Positions 56,698-64,000 of a stretch of 64,000 nucleotides of DNA are shown piece after piece. The DNA is from Candidatus Limiplasma sp. (lineage in GTDB: Bacteria; Bacillota; Clostridia; Christensenellales; Aristaeellaceae). The stretch is from positions 1,319-65,318 of the forward strand of contig DAOPZG010000001.1 of NCBI GenBank assembly GCA_035353235.1. Reading direction: 5' to 3'. Under the pieces are notes generated by a model. That model ran no database searches. It saw only the letters and a list, made by a program, of their open reading frames with translations, and was not told where the DNA came from. Every line of letters begins with the position of its first letter. Position 1 is the first letter of the stretch. Both the position numbers and the translations under genes were made by a program.

Positions 56698-58014
56698 TTA
56701 CCGAACAAATTCGTGATAAATCGCGCGGATGGACGCTTCGAAATCGCACGCGTCCACGCCTACCAGAATACTCAACTCGCTGGAGCCCTGATCGATCATA
56801 CGCACGTTTACCTTTTCCCGGCTCAGGGCGCTGAACAGGCGCGCCGCGGTACCGGGGCTGTGCACCATGCCGCGCCCGACCGTTGCGATAATGCCAAGGT
56901 CGTCGTGAATGGTCAGCGTATCCGGCGAAGACAACTCCATGATGCGGGAGACCACCTGTTCCTTCACCGGTTCCAACTGGCAGGTTTCCAGCACCACGCA
57001 CAGCGTGTCGATACCGGTCGGCAGGTGTTCAAAGGAGAGGCCCGCTTCCTCAATGGCCTGCAGCACCCGGCGGCCAAAGCCGCGCTCGCTGTTCATCATC
57101 GCTTTCTCGATGGAAATAATCGAGAACCCGATCCGGCCCGCGATCCCGGAAATCACAAACTGATTCTTCGTTTCGTCCGCCTGATGGGTAATCAGCGTAC
57201 CGTCGTGCTCGGGATGGTTGGTATTTCGGATGTTGGTGGGAATGCCTGCGCGATGCACGGGAAAAACGCTGTCCTCGTGCAGCACCGTCGCGCCCATGTA
57301 GCTTAACTCCCGTAGTTCCCGGTAGGTAATGCTGCGTATCGGCAGGGCATCCTTCACAATCCGCGGATCGGCCATTAAAAAGCCGGAAACATCCGTCCAG
57401 TTTTCATAAAGATCGGCGCAGGCCGCGCGCGCCACGATCGCCCCGGTAATGTCGCTGCCGCCACGGCTGAAAGTGTGGATGGCGCCGTCCGGCAGGGAAC
57501 CGTAAAAACCTGGGATGATCGCATTGGGCAGGTCCGCAAGCCGCGCACTCAGCGCTGTGTTGGTGCGTTCGCTGTCAAATGTGCCGTCGGACGCGAAAAA
57601 AATGTAGTCCTTCGGATCGACAAAATAGTAGCCGAGATAGTCGCTCAACAACAACCCGTTCAGATACTCGCCACGGCTGGCACAGTAGTCTTCACCCGCG
57701 CCGTTTTCCACATTGCGTCGGATCTCGCGCAGCGGCACGTCCAAATCCAGCTTCAGCGCCAGTTCCCGCGCAATCTCGCGGTAACGGTCCTCCACGCGCA
57801 GAAAAACCGCCTGCCAGTCGCCGCCCTCGCGCTTTGTACGGCACACGGCGTATAACAGGTCGGTTACCTTATCGTCCCCGTCAAAACGGCGCCCTGGCGC
57901 GCTGGGCACCACATACACGCGCCGCGCGTCCATCCGAAGGATTTCGCGCACCTTGCGAAACTGTCCCGCGTCGCTCAGCGAACTGCCGCCGAATTTCGCA
58001 ACGATATTCCCCAT
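56698..58014 (-). CDS. aspartate kinase
   Basis: MGNIVAKFGGSSLSD... (the KFGG motif) is followed by ..SRGGSDITGAIVA.. and two C-terminal ACT-like segments. GGGAGGG is the SD. Confidence 0.92.
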   Translation of the reverse strand: MGNIVAKFGGSSLSDAGQFRKVREILRMDARRVYVVPSAPGRRFDGDDKVTDLLYAVCRTKREGGDWQAVFLRVEDRYREIARELALKLDLDVPLREIRRNVENGAGEDYCASRGEYLNGLLLSDYLGYYFVDPKDYIFFASDGTFDSERTNTALSARLADLPNAIIPGFYGSLPDGAIHTFSRGGSDITGAIVARAACADLYENWTDVSGFLMADPRIVKDALPIRSITYRELRELSYMGATVLHEDSVFPVHRAGIPTNIRNTNHPEHDGTLITHQADETKNQFVISGIAGRIGFSIISIEKAMMNSERGFGRRVLQAIEEAGLSFEHLPTGIDTLCVVLETCQLEPVKEQVVSRIMELSSPDTLTIHDDLGIIATVGRGMVHSPGTAARLFSALSREKVNVRMIDQGSSELSILVGVDACDFEASIRAIYHEFVR

Positions 58015-58177
58015 CCGTTCGTTCCCTCCCACCCGCGGCGGTGCCAGTCGGCTGCCGCGTGCACATCCGGGGTGCCGGTCGCAGGCGGCCCCATAAAAAC
58101 TTATTTTATCCGAACAGAGAGCGCTCCGTCAATCCCCGGCGGAGCAGACATGGCCTCCGGCGCATGTGCAGATTGTA

Positions 58178-58726
58178 TTATTTCTGTGTTTCGTGCCATT
58201 CCTCAGCCAATACGCTCATCAGGTTCAGGTCAGCGTACTTCCCGTCCACCATAAAGGCTTTACGCTTTACCCCTTCGTGGCGGAAACCGGCCTTTGTGTA
58301 GCAACGGATGGCGCGCGCGTTGTCCGCCGCCACTTCCAGCTCCACACGCTCCAGCCCCAGGGTGGTAAACGCATATTCCAGCAACAGGCCGATCGCCTCC
58401 GCGCCGATGCCGCGGCCCCGGTTCTTTTCGCTTGCAATCACCATGCCCATCTCAGCGGAACGCAGCCGCCAGTTAATGCTGAACAGATCGAGTTGCCCCA
58501 GATAATGTTCGTCCGTCAGATCCGCAACGATGAAGTACGCCCCGTTGGGCCCCGCGCTCATTGCGTGATTTAAAAAATCGCTCGTGTCGTTGATGCTCTG
58601 GGGCATCCAGAACCGGGTGGAGAGGTAGCGGATCGTTTCCCGGTCGTTCACCCATGCGCGGATCGCGGGCAGATCCTCCTGCCGGTAATCCCGCAACATC
58701 ACGTTTTTCCCATAAAAATTAGGCAT
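58178..58726 (-). CDS. GNAT family N-acetyltransferase (RimJ/RimL-like)
   Basis: ..IASEKNRGRGIGAEAIGLLLEYAF...RVELEVAADNARAIRCYTKAGF.. with a strong SD (GGAGGAAG). Confidence 0.85.
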   Translation of the reverse strand: MPNFYGKNVMLRDYRQEDLPAIRAWVNDRETIRYLSTRFWMPQSINDTSDFLNHAMSAGPNGAYFIVADLTDEHYLGQLDLFSINWRLRSAEMGMVIASEKNRGRGIGAEAIGLLLEYAFTTLGLERVELEVAADNARAIRCYTKAGFRHEGVKRKAFMVDGKYADLNLMSVLAEEWHETQK

Positions 58727-58735
58727 TTCTTCCTC

Positions 58736-59140
58736 CTATTTTGCCAGCCGCAGCCCTTCGCAATCGCGGAAGTGTCCGGTCAGGATGGATATCATATCCA
58801 CGAGCCAGCCGATTCCAAACCAGCTGCCAGTCAGCAGGTATGCCACACCAGAACCAATCTTTCCCACATAGAAGCGGTGGAACCCGAATACGCCCACGAA
58901 TGTGCAAAGCAGCAGCGTAACCAGCCAACTTTTTTCCGATACAGTACGCGGCACGGGACGATCCACATACACCGTCTGATAAACCGGTTTTTCCACCACC
59001 ACCACCTGCGGGTTTTGCGCAGGGGCGGGGGCAGGCTTCGCAACAGGTTCGTCGTCCGGGCGGAACACGGTGCTGCCACAGTTGGGGCACTTGCGGCCCG
59101 GGTCGAAGATATGCGTTTTGCAGTAGGCGCAGTAAGCCAT
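58736..59140 (-). CDS. zinc-ribbon plus TM2-domain membrane protein
   Basis: The N-terminus CAYCKTH...CPNCGS is a zinc ribbon. A Pro/Val-rich linker follows, and then a TM2 signature ..LLLCTFVGVFGFHRFYVGKIGSGVAYLLTGSWFGIGWLVD.. Confidence 0.8.
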   Translation of the reverse strand: MAYCAYCKTHIFDPGRKCPNCGSTVFRPDDEPVAKPAPAPAQNPQVVVVEKPVYQTVYVDRPVPRTVSEKSWLVTLLLCTFVGVFGFHRFYVGKIGSGVAYLLTGSWFGIGWLVDMISILTGHFRDCEGLRLAK

Positions 59141-59181
59141 ATTTGTCTCTCCGTTTCTTTGGTTTGGCACAGGTGGGAGCG

Positions 59182-60399
59182 TTATTCCTCGTCCGGCCAG
59201 GTAAGCGGGTAATCGCTGACCGGGTTGCTTATCAGTTTGCCGTTCTTTTTGAGCGTGCTCAGCACCGCGTCGATATTTTCCTGCTTGTCGTATGGGGTCG
59301 GGATAAAGTCGTTGTACTTGCCGTTACTGGAGATACGGGTGGGGATGATACGGAACGCATCGTTAGAGCATACCCCATCCTTGACTCTCAATTTAATCTG
59401 GAACACGAAGGTGCTCATATCGTCCGGTTTGCTGTTGCCCGCAAAACAGAAATTGCCCAGCGAGTAACAGATGTATTTCCCGTTGTACAGCTCGATGGGG
59501 TTCATGCGGTGGCTGTGGTGCCCCACCACCAGATCCGCGCCCGCGTCCACCGCGATTTTCGCCATTTCCTGCTGGTTATCGTTGGGAGAATACGCCTTCT
59601 CCTTGCCCCAGTGGAAACTTACCACCACCACTTCGCACCCCTGACCCTTCAGGGCTTTAATGTCCTGCGGCACCTTGGTAAACAGACGGTCGTACTGGTC
59701 AAACGTCTGGTAGGCGAGCATGCCCATCTTTACGCCCTTTAGAGTAAAAATCAGCGGTTCGGTTTCGCAGTAATAGCTTACTCCCGCGTCTCGCAGTGTC
59801 TTTTTCGTCTCGGCCAGCCCATCCGCACCCATGTCCATCACATGGTTGTTTTCCAGCGACACGCACTCCACGCCGTTGGCGGGCAGCACCGCCGCATACG
59901 CGGGATCGGCGCGGAACAAAAAATCATTGTCCAGCTTGTCCGGGTTCCGGCCGCAGGTGGTCAGCGTGCCCTCAAAATTGAGAACCGTCCAATCGTCATC
60001 TTCCAGAATGTCCTTGTAGTTCTGGAACAGAAAGTTGATATTACCATCGTGCTTGGCCAGTTCTTTTTCAAAAATGGATTGTCCGCTGGCCTGCAAGTTA
60101 TCTCCAATGGTGAAATCACCCCCGAAGGTAAGCTTGAGCACGATGGAACCGTCCGCCTCGTATACCGGCGCGGCACGATCCACAGGGGTTTTCGCGTCGG
60201 ACTCCGGCACGGCGGCATCCTGTGCGGTATCCGGGTCTGGCGTTGCCGAAGCGTCGGGGTCGGCGGTTTCACCGGCTACCGGTTGTCCGCTCGAATCCAA
60301 AATCGTAACGGACACATCCTCGTCGTCCTCGGTCGCCAGCGCGGCGAAGGGCAGCAGCAGGCAAAGCAATAGCAACAGTGCGACGGATTTACGAAACAT
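59182..60399 (-). CDS. CapA-family (PGA_cap) secreted metallophosphatase-like protein
   Basis: It has a signal peptide MFRKSVALLLLLCLLLPFAALA and then ..FGGDFTIGDN...NLEGT...SLENNHVMD...VVVSFHWGKE...VVGHHSH.., the CapA pattern. Confidence 0.8.
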   Translation of the reverse strand: MFRKSVALLLLLCLLLPFAALATEDDEDVSVTILDSSGQPVAGETADPDASATPDPDTAQDAAVPESDAKTPVDRAAPVYEADGSIVLKLTFGGDFTIGDNLQASGQSIFEKELAKHDGNINFLFQNYKDILEDDDWTVLNFEGTLTTCGRNPDKLDNDFLFRADPAYAAVLPANGVECVSLENNHVMDMGADGLAETKKTLRDAGVSYYCETEPLIFTLKGVKMGMLAYQTFDQYDRLFTKVPQDIKALKGQGCEVVVVSFHWGKEKAYSPNDNQQEMAKIAVDAGADLVVGHHSHRMNPIELYNGKYICYSLGNFCFAGNSKPDDMSTFVFQIKLRVKDGVCSNDAFRIIPTRISSNGKYNDFIPTPYDKQENIDAVLSTLKKNGKLISNPVSDYPLTWPDEE

Positions 60400-60469
60400 C
60401 CGGTACCTCCTTGTCAATCAGGAAAAAGGGAATCCGGCGGAACGGGCGTCTCCCGTTCCGCCGTAGCGG

Positions 60470-61648
60470 TCAAAGGTTTTGCACAAACTCAGCGATGCGC
60501 GTAAGCGCGATGTCCAACTGTTCCAGCGCCGTGGCGTAACAGCAGCGGATATGCCCTTCCCCGCACTCGCCGAACGCGGTGCCCGGCACACAGGCCACCA
60601 GTTTGTCACGGAGCAGGCGCTCACAGAATTCTTCGCTGCTAAGCCCGGTAGCCGCAATGCTGGGGAATACGTAGAACGCGCCCAGCGGTTCAAAGCAGGT
60701 AAGCCCCATTTTCAGGAACGCGTCGTACATCAGCCTGCGGCGATGGTCGTAGCTCTGGCGCATGGTCTGCACATCGGCGTAATCGTCTTCCCGGCCCTGG
60801 CGCAGCGCCTCCTCGGCGGCTACCTGGCTTTGCGTTGAGGCGCACATAATGGTGAACTGATGGATTTTCACCATCACGTCCATCAGTTCCGCGGGGGCGC
60901 AGGTATAGCCGATCCGCCAGCCGGTCATGGCGAACGCTTTGCTGAAGCCGTTCAGATAAATCGTACGTTCCCGCATCCCAGGCAGGCTCGCGATACTCAC
61001 ATACTCTTCCGTACCGTAAGAAAGCTCGCTGTAAATTTCGTCGCTGATCACAATCAGGTCGTGGCGAACAATCACGTCGCGCAGCTGCGCGATGGTGGCA
61101 CGGTCGAGCACGCCGCCGGTCGGGTTGTTGGGGTAAGGCAGGATCAGCGCCTTGGTTTTGGGCGTGATCGCGTTTTCCATCTGTTCTGCCGTCAGCATGA
61201 AGTTGCGGCTCGCATCGGTGCAGATCGGCACAGCCTTGCCGCCGGCAAATACCACGGTCGGACGGTAGCTTACGTAGCTGGGTTCGGGCACCAGCACCTC
61301 GTCACCGGGGCACAGCAGCGCTCGCATCGCCAGGTCAATCCCCTCGCTGGCGCCGATGGTAACCAGCACCTCGTTCTCGGGGCTGTAGTCCAGGTGATAA
61401 CGGTTTTTCAGGTACAGGGCGATTTCCCTGCGCAGGGAGATACGGCCCCAGTTGCTGGTATACTGCGTTTCCCCGTCCAGAATGCTGTCGATGGCGGCGT
61501 TGCGGATATGGTACGGGGTAACAAAATCCGGCTCGCCCACGCCCAGCGAGATTGCGCCGGGCATGGTTTGCACAATATCGAAAAACTTGCGGATTCCGCT
61601 TTTTGGCACAGCGGCAACCGCCGGGTTCCAGTAGCGGCTGTACTCCAT
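60470..61648 (-). CDS. class I/II pyridoxal-phosphate-dependent aminotransferase (aspartate/aromatic type)
   Basis: ..LGVGEPDF...YTSNWG...YPNNPTG...SKAFAMTGWRIGY.. (PLP lysine motif SKxxxxxGxRxG). The ATG overlaps the lrp stop by 1 nt. Confidence 0.9.
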   Translation of the reverse strand: MEYSRYWNPAVAAVPKSGIRKFFDIVQTMPGAISLGVGEPDFVTPYHIRNAAIDSILDGETQYTSNWGRISLRREIALYLKNRYHLDYSPENEVLVTIGASEGIDLAMRALLCPGDEVLVPEPSYVSYRPTVVFAGGKAVPICTDASRNFMLTAEQMENAITPKTKALILPYPNNPTGGVLDRATIAQLRDVIVRHDLIVISDEIYSELSYGTEEYVSIASLPGMRERTIYLNGFSKAFAMTGWRIGYTCAPAELMDVMVKIHQFTIMCASTQSQVAAEEALRQGREDDYADVQTMRQSYDHRRRLMYDAFLKMGLTCFEPLGAFYVFPSIAATGLSSEEFCERLLRDKLVACVPGTAFGECGEGHIRCCYATALEQLDIALTRIAEFVQNL

Positions 61649-62139
61649 CAGGGGTTCACCGCCAGTCGCTTGTCCTGAGGATCCCCCTCGAAGATCACGC
61701 CGTCGCTCTTGTAGCGTTTCAGCACAAAGTGTGTGGCCGTGCCGGTTACGTTGTCCAGCACACTCAGCTTGGTGCTGACAAAGTAGCCCAGCTCCTTAAG
61801 CGTATGGGCTTCCACCAGCAGCAGCAGGTCGTACGCGCCACTCATGAGGTATACGGTTTTTACCTCGTCAAAGCGGTAGATGCGCTTGGCCAGCGCGTCG
61901 AAACCCTCGTCCCGCTGAGGGGTCACGCGGACTTCGATCATCGCTTCCACGCGTTCTTTGTCGGTTTTATCCCAGTTGATCACCGGTGAATAGCGCAGGA
62001 TGATGCCGCGTTTTTCCATATCGTCGATCATCGCGCCAACAGCCTCCGGGGTCTGGCCGAGCATCACGGCGAGTTTTTCAAGTGGCAGGCGGCAATCCTG
62101 CTGAAGCAGCTGTAAAAGTTCTATCTGCAAATTCTGCAT
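61648..62139 (-). CDS. Lrp/AsnC-family transcriptional regulator
   Basis: The 163-aa product has an HTH (..ELLQLLQQDCRLPLEKLAVMLGQTPEAV..) and a RAM/AsnC_trans_reg domain (..VRVTPQRDEGFDALAKRI..VKTVYLMSGAYDLLLLVE). Confidence 0.88.
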   Translation of the reverse strand: MQNLQIELLQLLQQDCRLPLEKLAVMLGQTPEAVGAMIDDMEKRGIILRYSPVINWDKTDKERVEAMIEVRVTPQRDEGFDALAKRIYRFDEVKTVYLMSGAYDLLLLVEAHTLKELGYFVSTKLSVLDNVTGTATHFVLKRYKSDGVIFEGDPQDKRLAVNP

Positions 62140-62185
62140 CTGTATCGCTCCTTATTTTCCGCCATATGCGGCGGATGGTTTAGGC

Positions 62186-63856
62186 TTAAAACAGGCCGAC
62201 GATGTCGCCGTTCGCATCCACGTCGATAGTGAGGGCAGCGGGGGTTTTGGGCAACCCCGGCATGGCGATGATGCCTCCGGCGTATACCACCACGAAGCCC
62301 GCGCCCGCGCTCAGGCGGGCGGAGCGCACAGTGAGGGTGTACCCTTCCGGCGCGCCTTTCAGGGCCGGATCGTCGCTCATGCTGTACTGCGTTTTGGCCA
62401 CGCACACCGGGCAGCGACCGTAACCGTCGGCCTCGAAGCGTTCCAGCGCCTTTTTCGCCTCGTCGGTGTATTCCACCGTTCCGGCGTGGTAAACGCGCGT
62501 GGCAATCGCCTCGATCTTTTCGCGCAGGGTTTGATCGTCCCCGTAGGTAAAGTGCGCTTCGGGAGCGGGGTTTTGATCGGCAGCCCGACAGACTGCATCT
62601 GCCAAGGCGATCGCCCCCCTTCCGCCCTGCGCCCAGCCGTCGCAAAGCTCGCAGGCTACGCCGCGTTCCGCAAGCGCCCCGCGTACAAATTCGATTTCAC
62701 CGTCGTCGTCAGCCGAAAAATGGTTTACGGCCACCACAACGGGAATCCGCCAGATTTCCCGGATGTTATGCACATGGGCCAGCAGGTTGGCCATGCCCTT
62801 TTCCAGCGCTGCCCGGTTCGGGGCGCTTAGCTCGGCTTTCGCCGCGCCGCCGTGGTGCTTCAGCGCCCGCAGGGTCGCCACCAGCACGACGGCATTGGGC
62901 CAAAGCCCGTTCATCCGGCATTTGATATCCAGAAACTTTTCCGCGCCCAGGTCCGCGCCGAAACCGGCCTCGGTCACCACATAATCGGACATTTTCAGGG
63001 CCAGCGTGGTCGCGGCCACGCTGTTGCAGCCGTGCGCGATATTGGCAAACGGCCCGCCGTGCATCAGGCAGGGGGTGCCGTCCAGCGTCTGTACCAGGTT
63101 AGGGTCAAATGCGTCGCGCAGCAGCGCGGTCATCGCGCCCGCCGCGCCCACCTGCGCGGCGGTTACCGGCTGGCCCGCATAGGTGTAGGCCACCACGATG
63201 CGCCCCAGCCGCGCTTTCAAATCCTCCAGATCGGAAGCAAGGCAGAATACCGCCATCACCTCGCTGGCGGCGGTAATGTCAAAGCCGTCCTCGCGGGGCG
63301 TACCGTTTTTAGCTCCGCCCAGCCCCTGCACAATCTGGCGCAGTTGCCGGTCGTTGACGTCCAGACAATGGCGGAAGCAGATCTGCCGCGGGTCGATGGC
63401 AAGCGCGTTGCCCTGCTGCACGTGGTTATCCACCAGCGCGCAAAGCAGGTTGTTGGCCGCCGTAATGGCGTGCAGATCGCCCGTAAAATGCAGGTTGATG
63501 TTTTCCATGGGCACCACCTGCGCGTATCCGCCGCCGGTCGCGCCGCCCTTCATGCCAAACACCGGGCCCAATGACGGTTCGCGCAGGGCCAGCATGGCGT
63601 TTCTGCCGCTGACCGTCATGCCGTCGGCCAGCGCCACGGACACAGTGGTTTTTCCCTCGCCCGCGGGGGTGGGGTTCAGCGCCGTCACCAGTACCAGCTT
63701 CGCCCGGTTGGGCAGGCTGCGGTAAGCGCGCGCGTTCACCTTGGCGATATAATTACCATAAGGGGAAAGCGTCTCCGGCCGGAAACCGGCCTTCTCCGCG
63801 ATTGTCTGGATGGGTTTCAGCGTTGCCGCGCGTGCTATCTCCAAATCCGTCGCCAT
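62186..63856 (-). CDS. fhs: formate--tetrahydrofolate ligase
   Basis: ..TDLEIARAATLKPI...TPAGEGKTT...GGGYAQVVPMENINLHFTGD... are canonical FTHFS motifs. The ATG at 63856 follows GGGGAGG. Confidence 0.95.
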   Translation of the reverse strand: MATDLEIARAATLKPIQTIAEKAGFRPETLSPYGNYIAKVNARAYRSLPNRAKLVLVTALNPTPAGEGKTTVSVALADGMTVSGRNAMLALREPSLGPVFGMKGGATGGGYAQVVPMENINLHFTGDLHAITAANNLLCALVDNHVQQGNALAIDPRQICFRHCLDVNDRQLRQIVQGLGGAKNGTPREDGFDITAASEVMAVFCLASDLEDLKARLGRIVVAYTYAGQPVTAAQVGAAGAMTALLRDAFDPNLVQTLDGTPCLMHGGPFANIAHGCNSVAATTLALKMSDYVVTEAGFGADLGAEKFLDIKCRMNGLWPNAVVLVATLRALKHHGGAAKAELSAPNRAALEKGMANLLAHVHNIREIWRIPVVVAVNHFSADDDGEIEFVRGALAERGVACELCDGWAQGGRGAIALADAVCRAADQNPAPEAHFTYGDDQTLREKIEAIATRVYHAGTVEYTDEAKKALERFEADGYGRCPVCVAKTQYSMSDDPALKGAPEGYTLTVRSARLSAGAGFVVVYAGGIIAMPGLPKTPAALTIDVDANGDIVGLF

Positions 63857-63894
63857 CTGCGTACCTCCCCGGGTGTCTGATAACAATTGCACAC

Positions 63895-63923
63895 AGTATA
63901 GCGCATCCCGGCCTATCTTTCAA
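63895..63923 (-). promoter_or_regulatory. sigma-A-type promoter of fhs
   Basis: The minus strand reads TTGAAA-17 nt-TATACT, leaving a UTR of only about 35-45 nt before the ATG. Confidence 0.55.
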
Positions 63924-64000
63924 GCGCGAGGCACGCAAACGTTCGTGGGACAATATCTACTTCCCGACCGAGGCCGCTGACGCGTGCTTTAACGTGTTCG

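Noticed and set aside
58015-58177. A lysine (L-box) riboswitch or attenuator upstream of aspartate kinase.
   Set aside because: The predicted promoter (TTGACG-17/18-(A)TAAAAT on the minus strand) leaves only about 95 nt of leader, which is too short for an L-box. No AGAGGCGC or GGAGAGC-type conserved segments are visible, and the GC hairpins are not followed by a U-tract.
63857-64000. A ZTP (pfl) or THF riboswitch upstream of fhs.
   Set aside because: A good TTGAAA-17-TATACT promoter leaves only about 35-45 nt of UTR. Neither the ..GACUGGCG.. nor the ..CCGCCUGGGC.. ZTP signature is present. The window ends at 64000, so elements further upstream cannot be excluded.

Overview
This is a GC-rich (about 60% by eye) chromosomal segment from a Bacillota/Clostridia-type genome. 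The taxon call is an inference from PolC, a T-box-controlled ileS, the ylm/sepF/divIVA division cluster, SecA-PrfB linkage and ECF transporter parts. I call 58 protein genes, mostly on the minus strand, tightly packed and often translationally coupled. Most are housekeeping: ispG, polC, secG, tsaD, prfB, secA, tgt, ileS, aspartate kinase and fhs. I found no rRNA, tRNA, CRISPR array, transposase, integrase or prophage gene. RNA and regulatory calls are an Ile T-box leader, several sigma-A-type promoters, a MerR-type 19-nt-spacer promoter, a FadR/GntR-type palindrome and about a dozen hairpin terminators. The observations most worth follow-up are: (1) a 660-bp gene-free gap upstream of tgt with two families of direct repeats whose hairpins differ only by compensatory changes; (2) a SpoIIAB/RsbW-like anti-sigma protein that appears to lack all ATP-binding motifs, paired with a SigB/F/G-type sigma factor and no STAS partner, inside the division cluster; (3) an AT-rich single-gene island (secreted Big_2 protein) plus an orphan MerR regulator between divIVA and ileS; (4) a lipid-type locus where an E2-fold and two PlsC-fold acyltransferases all show substituted catalytic motifs; and (5) a SepF and an HlyD-like protein with unusual repeat or low-complexity extensions. 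All family assignments come from reading the translations, with no database search. Start codons in this GC-rich DNA are uncertain by tens of nucleotides.
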